The translations under genes were made by a program, and so were the position numbers. From positions 1 to 48,501 of the forward strand of contig NW_021834431.1 in assembly GCF_006345805.1 (NCBI RefSeq): a DNA stretch of 48,501 nucleotides, read 5' to 3'. Of the stretch, positions 25,323 to 36,300 are shown piece by piece (within the stretch, counting starts at the first letter, position 1; each line of letters opens with the position of its first letter). The stretch comes from Octopus sinensis (taxonomy: Eukaryota). The notes under the pieces were generated by a model that was given only the letters and a program-made list of their open reading frames with translations, searched no databases and was not told the origin of the DNA.

Positions 25323-25930
25323 ACACACACACACAAATAAACGCACAATGATGCGCATACATATACATACAAATACACAAACATACGCGCGTATACAAGC
25401 ACACGCACGCATCTATGCATCAACGGCAGGAACGCAACAGGAAGTCATGAATGCAACTTAGCCTCGCTATGAAAGACGATGTTACCGTATCCGCTGAGTG
25501 TTACACCGCCATAGTTTATTTGATACTTCAGAGGGAAGGTTTTTAACTATTGTTTCAACTTGCTATTTTAACTGACTTCCGTTCGGTGCGGATGTATGTG
25601 TATACGTGTGTGCATATGTGTATATGTGTGCATTTACTTGTATGTATGTATGTATGTATGTATGTATGTATGTATGTATGTATGTATGTATGTATGTATG
25701 CATGTATGTATGTATGTATGTATGTATGTATGTATGTATGTATGTATGTATTATGTATGTATGCATGCATGTATGTATGTATGTATGTATGTATGTATGT
25801 ATGTATGTATGTATGTATGTATGTATGTATTATGTATGTATGCATGCATGTATGTATGCATGTATGTATGTATGTATGTATGTATGTATGTATGTATGTA
25901 TGTATGTATGTATGTATGTATGTATGTATA
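24981..25930. repeat. Microsatellite cluster: (TATC)n 24981-25050, (CA)n, and (TATG)n 25640-25930
   Basis: Directly visible. Confidence 0.9.
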
Positions 25931-25942
25931 TATATATATATA

Positions 25943-26290
25943 TAAATCCTTAAATCCTTAAAAATGTTTTAGCCCGAAGGCCGCGGCCATGCTGGGGCAC
26001 CACCGCTGAATGAGCCACACTAGTTTGTGAATCCACCTCTGATACGTGGCACTTGATCAACAAGGGAGTTCGATGCTGCTGCCCGCATCCGCGTCTCCTG
26101 TCGTGAGGTAGGTTCATCTGGGACTTCCAACAAGAAGAGATCCAGTTTAGTTTTAAAGAAACCCACATCCACACCATGTAAGTCTCTCAGGCATTTAGGG
26201 AGGATGTTGAAAAGCTGTGGTCCTCTGAAACCCAAGCTGTTGCAGTATCTGGACCTGTATTTTGATGGTGATGTTGGAATCCTTGGCATA
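25943..26290 (-). mobile_element. CR1-type LINE, 5'-truncated 3' end (ORF2 C-terminus, short UTR, (TTAAGGAT)n tail)
   Basis: 26020-26290 translates PRIPTSPSKYRSRYCNSLGFRGPQLFNILPKCLRDLHGVDVGFFKTKLDLFLLEVPDEP..RAAASNSLVDQ. The 'RGP-LFN-LP...FK--LD-FL--VPDEP' pattern is typical of invertebrate CR1-group elements. Confidence 0.85.
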
Positions 26291-26985
26291 TATATATATA
26301 TATATATGTGTGTATATATTGATGTATGTGTGCGTGTATATTTGTACGTGTATGTATGTGTATGTGTGTAAGTATGGGTGCGTGTATGTTTGTGTATGTG
26401 CGTATATGTGCGGTATATGTGTGTAAATATGTGTGCTTGTGTATTTGTACGTATGTTTGCATGCACATATTAGCCTATATTAGTTATGTGTGTTTGTATG
26501 TGTATGTATATGTATATATGTAAGTATGTGTGCGCATATGCATACACACACACACAGACACACACACACACCATATATATATATATATATATGTACATAT
26601 ATGTGTGCGTGTTTGTTTGAACGTGTGTAAATATGTGTGCATGTGTGTGTGTGTACATTTTCATGTAGGCATACATGTACATATTCATGTATGTATGTGT
26701 GACCATATCTTTATCTATGCACATGTATATATATATATATCTGAGAGTATATATGTTTTCTTCTGTTTTATATTAGTTGAAGTCTTTCGGTAAAGAAGGA
26801 GCTAGTTTCTAATAAAGATACAAGACTCATAACTTGAATCTAGATAACAAAAATAAGATTCACATTTTAGACTTGAGCAAAGTCTTGCATATCTTTATTG
26901 TTCCGCTTACTGATTGTATTTGTAATGTTCGAGTTAACTGGTTGACTTCTTTTTCTAAAATCCTTAGCCTATCCAAATTGAGTGT

Positions 26986-27214
26986 AGGCGGTGACCTGGC
27001 AGAAGCGTTAGCACGCCGGGCGAAATGCTTAGCGCTATTTCGTCTGCCGCTACATTCTGAGTTCAAATTCCGCCGAAGTCGACTGTGCCTTTCATCCTTT
27101 CGGTGGTGGGGGGTCGATTACATTCTGTACCAGTTGCGCACTGGGGTCGATCTAATCGACTGGCCTCTTTCCCCAAAATTTCGAGTCTTGTGCCTGGAGT
27201 AGAGAAGAATATTA
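26986..27214 (+). mobile_element. SINE family B, alternative-tail variant
   Basis: Homology to 7063-7274. Confidence 0.85.
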
Positions 27215-27543
27215 TCACCGGCCAGAAGTATCCAAAAGCTCACTGAAATAGTGAGAGAATTCAAATAAAAAAAGAGCAACAGGACTATAGTTAGAAAGAT
27301 AAACCTACGTAGCCAATTCATGCGACAGTGTGTGGATACTAGAAATAAAGACTAATGACTTATAGGTTAGCAGTATTTCGTTATGCAACCATAATAAACT
27401 ATAAAGTATATTAAATGTTTCTATAAGTCAATACCGAGTTCTTCTGTGTTAACATCACTTGTTAAGGTTATCTGAGCCAGCACTGATTTTTGATACGACG
27501 TTTCGTATACGAGACGTCAGGTGTAATGTAAATGTAAATTGGT

Positions 27544-27838
27544 ATTCTTTATTCTTTTATTCTTTTAGTAGTTTCAGTCATTTGACTGCTGTCATGCTGG
27601 AGCACCGCCTTTAGTCGAGCAAATTGATCACAGGACTTTTTTCTTTGTAAGCCTAGTACTTATTCTATCGGTCTCTTTTGTGCTAACATTTCTGCCAGCG
27701 TGGTTCGGCAAAAGAGACCGATAGAATAAGTACTGGGCTTACAAATAATAAGTTCTGGGGTCGATTTGCTAGACTAAAGGTGGTGCTCCAGCATGGCCAC
27801 AGTCAAATGATTGAAACAAGTAAAAGAGTAAAAGAGTA
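27544..27838. mobile_element. Head-to-head inverted pair of SINE C 3' halves with a short spacer derived from SINE B
   Basis: 27544-27680 (minus) and 27702-27838 (plus) are mutual reverse complements with mismatches. The spacer TGCTAACATTTCTGCCAGC is the reverse complement of the SINE B head GCTGGCAGAAA-GTTAGCA. Confidence 0.85.
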
Positions 27839-27974
27839 ACAACAGAGCCAGTATCATTACGGGGAGATAATATTTATCCTCACTCCAGCGTGGACGTTCA
27901 GTTGGAACAAACTAAACTGCGGCAAATACCGTGAGAGTTTATGTGAGGATAAATATTACCCCACTGTCAACCAA

Positions 27975-28055
27975 GCCGAGCCGCGCTAAGTTACGGGGAC
28001 GTAAACACACCAGCATCCGCTGTCAAGTGATGTTGGGGGGACAAACACAGATACA

Positions 28056-28098
<43 letters not shown>

Positions 28099-28523
28099 CA
28101 CACACGCACATATATATATATATATAAGGCGAGCTGGCAGAAACGTTAGCACGCCGGGCGAAATGCTTAGCGGTATTTCGTCTGCCGTTACGTTCTGAGT
28201 TCAAATTCCGCTGAGGTCGACTTTGCCTTTCATCCTTTCGGGGTCGATAAATTAAGTACCAGTTACGCACTGGGGTCGATGTAATCGACTTAATCCGTTT
28301 GTCTGTCCTTGTTTCTCCCCTCTACGTTTAGCCCCTTGTGGGCAGTAAAGAAATATATATATACATATATACAACGGGCTTCTTTCAGTTTCCGTCTACC
28401 AAATCCACTCACAAGGTTTTGATCGGCCCAAGGCTATAGTAGACGACACTTGCCCAAGGTGCCACGCAGTGGGACTGAACCCGGAACCATGTGGTTGGTA
28501 AGCAAGCTACTTACCACACAGTC
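27975..28523 (-). mobile_element. SINE family C interrupted by a nested SINE B
   Basis: C segments 27975-28126 and 28355-28523 are collinear across the insertion in the internal (TA)n. Confidence 0.85.
28127..28354 (+). mobile_element. SINE family B monomer (nested)
   Basis: Head plus one body ending GTAAAGAAAT, flanked by TA repeats. Confidence 0.9.
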
Positions 28524-28728
28524 TCACCTACGGCTATCTTTTAGCTGTTTGACAGTGTCAGCTTCAACAGACGGACATGGGTTTAAGAAAGAAAAGGAGA
28601 GACTATTAAAAGGTAAAGATATAGCCGGAAGGCGGTTTGGCGGACCCACGGAGGGAAGACTCGCTGCTCCTCCGTTTTGTTCTTCTCTTTCTCCGCCCGT
28701 CGCTGGCGCCGAGTGCACTGTCGCGCTC

Positions 28729-28956
28729 AGGTGAGCTGGCAGAAACGTTAGCACGCCGGGCGAAATGCCTTGCAGTTTTTCGTCTGTCGTTACGTTCCGA
28801 GTTCAATTTCCGCTGAGGTTGACTTTGCTTTCCATCCTTTCGGGGTCGATAAATTAAGTACCAGTTACGCACTGGGGTCGATGTAATTGACTTAACCCCT
28901 TTGTCTGTCCTTGTTTGTCCTCTCTGTGTTTAGCCCCTTGTGGGTAGTAAAGAATA
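28729..28956 (+). mobile_element. SINE family B monomer
   Basis: Homology to 28127-28354. Confidence 0.9.
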
Positions 28957-29599
28957 TAGGTAGCGTAGCGTAGCAGCGACCGATGTCGATGAAATTAAGG
29001 CGGTGCTCCAGCATGACCGAAGTGAAAGAATAAAATATAGAAGTAGAGATAAGCATAATATGGGGACTGGAAATAAAAATAATCCCCTTAGGTGTCTTGG
29101 GAGTGATTAAAAACCATGCAAATAAATAACTTAAACCGTGGGACTTAAGCATAAACACCACTGCAGACAACAGCACTGCGAATGTACTATTTAGAATACA
29201 TCTAGTAGAAGAGAGAAAAAAAACCTAAAGAAAGCACTCACCATGCTACAGGTGCATAGAGTTGAGCTCGGTTGTGCAGTGAAAGCATGCAACGAAACTA
29301 AAAGTGCTTAAAAACTAATAATATCTCAGCGAGGATATAGAATTGAGTATGAGATTAGACAGAGGTCCCAGAGCGATTTAAGAAAATGCAAATTGACTAA
29401 AACTGGGAACATAAAATTTTGATCCAGGCTTTGAAATCAGAGAGAATTTAGAACAGAAACATTTATACGTGTACTTAAGTGTAGACGGAACTGATAAGAT
29501 ATAACATGGAAATAAATGAGAAAATTAGAAACGAGTACTGTAGAAGTACGAAACTAATATTAAAAAGTAAATTCAATTCTAGAAATAAAGTAATAGTTT

Positions 29600-29988
29600 G
29601 GACTGGAAGCACTCCGTCGGTTACGACGACGAGGGTTCCGGTTGATCCGAATCAACGGAACAGCCTGCTCGTGAAATTAACGTGTAAGTGGCTGAGCGCT
29701 CCACAGACACGTGTACCCTTAACGTAGTTCTCGGGGATATTCAGCGTGACACAGAGAGTGACAAGGCCGGCCCTTTGAAATACAGGTACAACAGAAACAG
29801 GAAGTAAGAGTGAGAGAAAGTTGTGGTGAAAGAGTACAGCAGGGATCACCACCATCCCCTGCCGGAGCCTCGTGGAGCTTTTAGGTGTTTTCGCTCAATA
29901 AATACTCACAACGCCCGGTCTGGGAATCGAAACCGCGATCCTATGACCGCGAGTCCACTGCCCTAACCACTGGGCCATTGCGCCTCCA
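29600..29988 (-). mobile_element. SINE family A, full length, 13-bp TSD
   Basis: TSD AAAGTAATAGTTT at 29587-29599 and 29989-30001. Confidence 0.95.
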
Positions 29989-30092
29989 AAAGTAATAGTT
30001 TACAAATACGTATATTAGCCTCTGAGGCATTTGAACTCAGAACTTAAAGACGGACGACAGCGGCTTTGATATTAGCAATAAATACATAGTAG

Positions 30093-30305
30093 TGAGCCGG
30101 TAGAATCGTTGGCGCTCCGGAAAAAATGCTTAGCAGCATTTCGTCTGTCTTTATGTTCTGAGTTCAAATTCCGCCAAGGTCGACATTGCATTTTGTCCTT
30201 CGGGATCCATAAAATGAATACCAGCTGAGCACTGGGGTCGATATAATCGACTTAATCCCTCACCACGAAATTGCTGACATTGTGTTAAAATTTGAAATCA
30301 ATATT
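30093..30305 (+). mobile_element. SINE family B, old variant
   Basis: Decayed head, GTTCTGAGTTCAAATTCCGCC-AGGTCGAC and CACTGGGGTCGATATAATCGACTTA. Confidence 0.75.
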
Positions 30306-30619
30306 AGTAACGAATAAGTTGGTGAAAGAAAACAATGGTCTAAGAGCAGGAACGGAAGATTAAATTTAAATGCACCGGAGCAATGTTTAATCACAAAATA
30401 ACGATAAAAAATAAAAAAGAAAACCATGTTAACACCAAGTGTAGGTTATGCAAGCGGTACAATAAGACAAATGACGACATCGTTACTGGTTGTCGAGTCT
30501 TTGGAATATCAATACTACGTTTACATTCACAAACACTGCCGTATGCTGTTTCTGTTTACCATCTCGTGGGATTTTCTTACTTATTGTGAGAACAGAAACC
30601 TGCCGGCTCGCCATCAAAG

Positions 30620-30915
30620 TAATAACAATCCTTTCTATTATTGGCATAAGGCCTGAAATTTAGCTGGAGGGCTAAGTCGATTACAACAAATCCCGTGTTT
30701 AAATTATTTTATCGACTTCGACAGGATGAAAGACACGACATCGGCGGGATTTGAACTCAATGTAAAGAACTGGAAGTAATGCTGCTGCACATTTTGTCCG
30801 GCGCTTAGCATTTTGTCCGGGGCTTAAGCATTTTGTTCGGGGTTTTAGCATTTTGTCTGGTGCTAAGCATCTTGTCCGGCGCTTAAGCATTTTGTCCGGC
30901 ATATGGCATTTTGTA
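30620..30915 (-). mobile_element. Old SINE B variant with in-place tandem expansion (~6 units) of its CCGGACAAAATGCTTA segment at 30791-30915
   Basis: The SINE body at 30620-30790 runs directly into degenerate AGCATTTTGTCCGG repeats. Confidence 0.75.
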
Positions 30916-30979
30916 CCTGGTAACTATGTTCATCGGATAATTCATTGATACTTCGATATATAAAAAAGAGATGAAGTAT

Positions 30980-31392
30980 ATACTCTTTACTCTTTTACTT
31001 GTTTCAGTCATTTGACTGCGGCCATGCTGGAGCATCGCCTTTAGTCGAGCAAATCGACCCCGGGACTTATACTTTGTAAGCCCAGTACTTATTTCATCGG
31101 TCTCTTTTGCCGAACCGCTAAGTGATGGGGACGTAAACACACCAGCATCGGTTGTCAAGCAATGCTAGGGGGACAAACACACACACACACACACATACAC
31201 ACACACACATATATATATATACATATATACGACAGGCTTCTTTCAGTTTCCGTCTACCAAATCCACTCACAAGGCATTGGTCGGCCCGGGGCTACAGCAG
31301 AAGACACTTGCCCAACATGCCACGCAGTGGGACTGAACCCGGAACCATGTGGTTGGTTAGCAAGCTACTTACCACACAGCCACTCCTGCGCC
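30980..31392 (-). mobile_element. SINE family C, full length, little diverged
   Basis: Homology to 972-1385. Confidence 0.92.
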
Positions 31393-32040
31393 TATATACA
31401 TGTAATAAACATAGTACATGAAAGCGATCGGGCCATAATAATCTTGCATATACCTATCCACGCTGATAAGAAAATCAGAACGAACAGTCCAGACAATTAT
31501 TATGGACAGGAACGAATATCTGTAATCTGAGAAACAACTCGATCCATTCTGAACGAAAGATCATACGGAAGGAAGTCGATAAACTGTCAATGTATAATAT
31601 ATGCGGGCAGTTTTTGTGTGTATATGTGTATATGTGCATAGTTGTGTGTGTGCATATGTTTGCTAGTACATGAAGATTTCTCGCATCTTTTGTAATTTTA
31701 TTAATGCATCTCGATGCCAAAGACTTGCTTTCTGATTCATGGTAGTTGAAATCACAACAAAGAGCTCCGGTGAAATTAAAGTTTAACAAAAATCATACAA
31801 CTGTGCAACTTTTGCAGTAATCTCTGGAAATTTCATAGGATGCAAATAAGCCGTTATCTTCTCAGATATTCCCTAACTAAACATTTGATTCAATCTGTTG
31901 TATGCATCAGAAGTAGGGTTAGATTAAAGTAGCTATCTGCGGATCATAATCAAGGTGAAATGTGTCGAGAAAAACAAATTTACTGCAGTATTCGTCTGGT
32001 GATAGTATTTCTTAGAGACCTGCTATCTTTTATAGCACAG

Positions 32041-32314
32041 TGGAATGGAAGCACTCCGTCGGTTCCAACAACGAGGGTTCCGGTTGATCCGATCAACGGA
32101 ACAGCCTGCTCGTGAAATTAACGTGTAAGTGGCTGAGCACTCCACAGACACGTGCACCCTTAACGTAGTTCTCGGGGATATTCAGCGTGACACAGAGAGT
32201 GACAAGGCCGGCCCTTTGAAATACAGGTACAACAGAAACAGGAAGTAAGAGTGAGAGAAAGTTGTGGTGAAAGAGTACAGCAGGGATCATCACCATCCCC
32301 TGCCGGAGCCTCGT
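32041..32314 (-). mobile_element. SINE family A, 5'-truncated
   Basis: Aligns with the 3' two-thirds of 29600-29988; the tRNA head is absent. Confidence 0.9.
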
Positions 32315-32371
32315 TTAGCACAGTATATAGCGAAGGCAGATGAAAGATCATCCTAGCAGGGACTAGTAAGA

Positions 32372-32414
32372 ATGCTAGATGCATTTCTGCTTCGTTGCGT
32401 GTCGTCAGTCGCAT
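32372..32414 (-). ncRNA. Degenerate hammerhead-like motif
   Basis: Minus strand reads ATGCGA-CTGACGA-CACGCAACGAAGCA-GAA-ATGCAT-C-TAGCAT. Core intact, palindromic stem III, UC site and 5 of 6 pairs in stem I; stem II is poor. Confidence 0.4.
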
Positions 32415-32826
32415 ATGCACACAGCTAGTCGCAGGCTAAGACGAATTCAGCCGCTACCAATATGGTGAAAGAACAATCACGTCCACAAGAGATATTACCA
32501 TCGTACGAATAGCATTGTAAATTTACTTTTCGTGCTGTTTTTATATTAAGTATAATACATACATGACTATTTGTCTCGATGTATTTCTTACCCGGAAATC
32601 GTCATCAAGTTTTTTTTATTTTAGAGTACCCTCATGATTTATCTTCTCGTTATCAGAATTTGTCACTAAATAATTCAGCAGCTAACATGGCTGGATGGAG
32701 TCGTATGAGAGTATTGTCATTGCAAATAAAACATAGGCTTCGTAACGTTCTCTGGTGATAAATTAAAACCTTGAGCACGATATTCAGTAGTATATTACCA
32801 GCACTTTTTATTCATCACCTCAATGT

Positions 32827-33047
<221 letters not shown>

Positions 33048-33258
33048 TCAACTTACATCGCTAATCCACTTAAGCAATGATGCAGCAATGAAATTATCTT
33101 CGCTGTTAAACTTTTACTAAGAAGCGAAATAAATTACATTTGGAAGTATAAATCTTACAGATTGATTTTATCCAGCCTCTCTCTCTCTCTCTCTCTTCCT
33201 CAGTGTATATATATATATCTATATATATATATATACAATATATATATATATATAGATA

Positions 33259-33290
<32 letters not shown>

Positions 33291-33929
33291 CATATATATA
33301 CTACAAACGGAACGTTATATTTCCCTCTCAAATTCCCATAACGCATAGTAATATTATTTCATTATTTCCATAACACCAGTCTTAATTTCCTTTTAATTTT
33401 TCCAAAGAGAATTTTCTCAGTGTCTTTCATGACTGTTGTTTACGCATAGATTATCGTATTATCATTGAGACCGAACATCGAGAAATGTGCCTTGTGTTTG
33501 ATCTTACAATAAGTCATCCCTCGGGACGGTAAATGGTACCATTTTTTATTACATAGTTACAGACACTTTTGAAATAATCACCAATTTGTATAAATAACTG
33601 AATGTTGTGTGACTGAATGCTGTGCGTCTCAACGTTGTCTCTGTCAAATTTTTATTTATTACTATATCTAGATTTAGATACTAGATTCTGATGCCGGATT
33701 TCTGTCTAAATATATTGGTCTCTTATTTACCTTATTCAGTAAGGAAATGAGAATTAGACGTTAGGCATAGAAGTGGGTGTAGCGTAAGAAGTTTGCTTCC
33801 TAACCAAATCGTTCTGGATTCAGTGCCACTACATTACAACTTCGACAGGTGTCTTCTACTATAGCCTCGGGTCAAACAAAGACTTGTGAGTGGATTTGGT
33901 AGACAGAAACTGAAAGAAGCCTGTCGTGA

Positions 33930-34135
33930 CCGCGTGTATATCGTTGACGATTTTTTTCCTCCACTTTCACTTCCTTGGATCTTTCGTTTTCCTATGTTTC
34001 TGACGAAGAGCTCCGCTCGAAACGTTAAATCCTGCTTCTTTATTTCCTTTCCTGAGCGTCCAATAACACTATACTTGTTCCACGTCCTCGCGTTGTTGTG
34101 TTTTCTCTCTGTGTTTTCATGTTTGGATTAACTAT
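33930..34135 (+). mobile_element. Short non-coding hammerhead-bearing repeat, same family as 670-885
   Basis: Aligns with the reverse complement of 670-885 and ends in (TA)n. Confidence 0.8.
33996..34030 (+). ncRNA. Minimal type I hammerhead-ribozyme-like motif
   Basis: GTTT-CTGACGA-A-GAGC-TCC-GCTC-GAAA-CGT-T-AAAT. Canonical core, 4-bp stem II, palindromic ACGT stem III (dimer type) and a short stem I. Confidence 0.7.
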
Positions 34136-34150
34136 ATATATATATATACA

Positions 34151-34272
34151 CGAGGGGTGTATGAAAAATTTTGAGCCTTCAGGGCCTTCGAGCTTTGAAG
34201 TCTCGTACCTTCATCAGAGGTCTTGTACCATGTTTTGTTTTTTTGAGGCTCAAGACTTTTCATACACCCCTC

Positions 34273-34273
<1 letters not shown>
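34151..34273. mobile_element. Mariner-type MITE (123 bp)
   Basis: 28-bp TIRs CGAGGGGTGTATGAAAA(A/G)T(T/C)TTGAGCCT with 2 mismatches, inserted in (TA)n. TA-CGAGGG termini are typical of mariner. Confidence 0.8.
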
Positions 34274-34316
<43 letters not shown>

Positions 34317-34347
34317 TATATATATATAATATATATATATATGTATG

Positions 34348-34397
<50 letters not shown>

Positions 34398-34416
34398 ATA
34401 TATATATATATGTATG

Positions 34417-34501
<85 letters not shown>

Positions 34502-34793
34502 TTATGTGTGTGTGTGTGTTGTGTGTGTGTGTGTGCGTGTGTGTGTGTGAGTGTGTGTGTGTGAGTGTGCTTACGTCCCCATAATTTAGCGGTTCGGCAA
34601 AACAGACAGATAGAAAAAGTACTAAGCTTATGAGAAAAAGAAAGAAAACTAATTATTGAGGTTGAAAAATCATTAAAAAATATAGAATAAAAGCTTAAGA
34701 TCACATCTTAAGATGGATGAAAACAGAAACCTGAACAGAAGCTAGCGACTAATTTGTTCGTACAGCGGTGTTGAATATATCTATAGAAATGAT

Positions 34794-35209
34794 ATGGCGG
34801 CGAGCTGGCAGAAACGTTTGCGCGCCGGGCGAAATGCTTAGCGGTATTTCATCTGTCGTTACGTTCTGAGTTCAAATTCCGCCGAGGTCGACTTTGCCTT
34901 TCATCCTTTCGGGATCGATAAATTAAGTACCAGTTACGCACTGGAGTCGATGTAATCGACTTAATACCTATGTCTGTCCTTGTTTGTCCCCTCTGTGTTT
35001 AGCCCCTTGTGGGTAGTAAAGAAATAGGTATTTCATCTGTCGTTACGTTCTGAGTTCAAATTCCGCCGAGGTCGACTTTGCCTTTCATCCTTTCGGGGTC
35101 GATAAATAAAGTACTAGTTTCGTACTGGGGTCGATATAATCGACTTAATCCGTTTGTATGTCCTTGTTTGTCCCCTCTATGTTTAGAGCCTTGTGGGTAG
35201 TAAAGAAAT
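34794..35209 (+). mobile_element. SINE family B dimer (one head + two 184-bp bodies) inside a single 19-bp TSD
   Basis: Bodies at 34843-35026 and 35027-35210. TSD ATATATCTATAGAAATGAT at 34775-34793 and 35210-35228. Confidence 0.92.
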
Positions 35210-35684
35210 ATATATCTATAGAAATGATTATAAGCTTTTATTTCCAAGTTTGTAAATTCAATGAGTTTAGTTTATTGATACAATCACAACTGATTAGAAC
35301 CTCTTATAATCCTCACTAATTTACGGCCAGGAACTTCAAATTCTAGCGGCTGCCTGATTAGTTTAGCAGTACGTTGAACAGACTCTACTAGTACTGTATT
35401 AATAAACGTGTACCATTTATACTAATGTGCAGGTAACTGTATTTCTCTTAATTATTTAAGTAAATTTAATACGTTTAATTTAGAGTAAGTTCAGCGATAT
35501 GATCACCCTTGCTTCGTAGAAATCAGTTATTCGGAAAGGTTTTGGAACCAAAGGTTTCCTATAATCGATGCTATACTAATATTGATATGTTCTGTAATTC
35601 TAGAGGATGAAGGAATCGATGTTTTGATTACAGCTTCTTCCACTGGGTTTAGAGTATTTCGTGTGGAGAACTAATAGCTGAAAG

Positions 35685-36172
35685 AAAATGGCCGACAGAA
35701 AATAGCAGACAGAAAATGGCCGACAGAAAATGGCCGACGGAAAATGGCCGACAGAAAATAGCAGACAGAAAATGGCCGACAGAAAATGGCCGACGGAAAA
35801 TGGCCGACAGAAAATAGCAGACAGAAAATGGCCGACAGAAAATGGCCGATGGCAAATGGTCGACAGAAAATAGCAGACAGAAAATGGCCGACAGAAAATA
35901 GCAGACAGAAAATGGCCAACAGAAAATGGCCGATGGCAAATGGCCGACAGAAAATAGCAGACAGAAAATGGCCAACAGAAAATGGCCGATGGCAAATGGC
36001 CGACAGAAAATAGCAGACAGAAAATGGCCAACAGAAAATGGCCGATGGCAAATGGCCGACAGAAAATAGCAGACAGAAAATGGCCAACAGAAAATGGCCG
36101 ACGGAAAATGGCCGACAGAAAATGGCGACAGAAAATGGCGACAGAAAATGGCCGATGGAAAATGGTCAACGG
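35685..36172. repeat. 14-bp minisatellite (AAAATGGCCGACAG and variants), ~35 units with 56-bp higher-order repeats
   Basis: The block [AAAATAGCAGACAG][AAAATGGCCAACAG][AAAATGGCCGATGG][CAAATGGCCGACAG] occurs three times in tandem. Confidence 0.95.
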
Positions 36173-36300
36173 AGATTGGGCGTCGGTTCATGGGACATTT
36201 TGAGTTCATTGACCGAAGGTGGTGCCTAGGTATATATTAGACGCCACTTTTGCTGTCATTCACCTCCGCCAAGTCTTCCTTCCTTACATCCACGAATATA

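Larger units (their letters stand above)
29230..31560 (+). pseudogene. Highly decayed R4/Dong-type LINE, fragmented by younger SINEs
   Basis: Three collinear remnants: RT thumb (EINEKIRNEYCRSTKLILKSKFNSRNKVI, ~29510-29599), CCHC knuckle region (TKCRLCKRYNKTNDDIVTGC, ~30430-30495) and RLE motif (HESDRAIIILHIPIHADKKIRTNSPD, ~31415-31495, resembling the family pattern KATILWDMPIHTDREIKANRPD). Confidence 0.75.
33769..34630 (+). mobile_element. Old SINE C split by nested insertions (5' half 33769-33928, 3' piece ~34560-34630)
   Basis: GTCTTCTACTATAGCCTCGGG..TGTGAGTGGATTTGGTAGAC-GAAACTGAAAGAAGCC on the left, and TTACGTCCCC-TAA-TTAGCGGTTCGGCAAAA on the right. Confidence 0.7.

Noticed and set aside
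27497-27520. Minus-strand CTGACG..GAAACGTC resembling a PLE hammerhead
   Set aside because: A9 is missing, stem I is only ~2 bp, and the segment is better described as a 22-bp near-palindrome. It may be a decayed remnant but is not supportable.
34190-34230. CTGATGA inside the mariner MITE (minus strand)
   Set aside because: No GAAA follows a paired stem II and there is no stem III or cleavage triplet.
35600-36229. ORFs with repeating peptides (MADRKWPTENSRQK / FSVGHFLSAIFC)
   Set aside because: They are translations of the 14-bp minisatellite, open in most frames on both strands.
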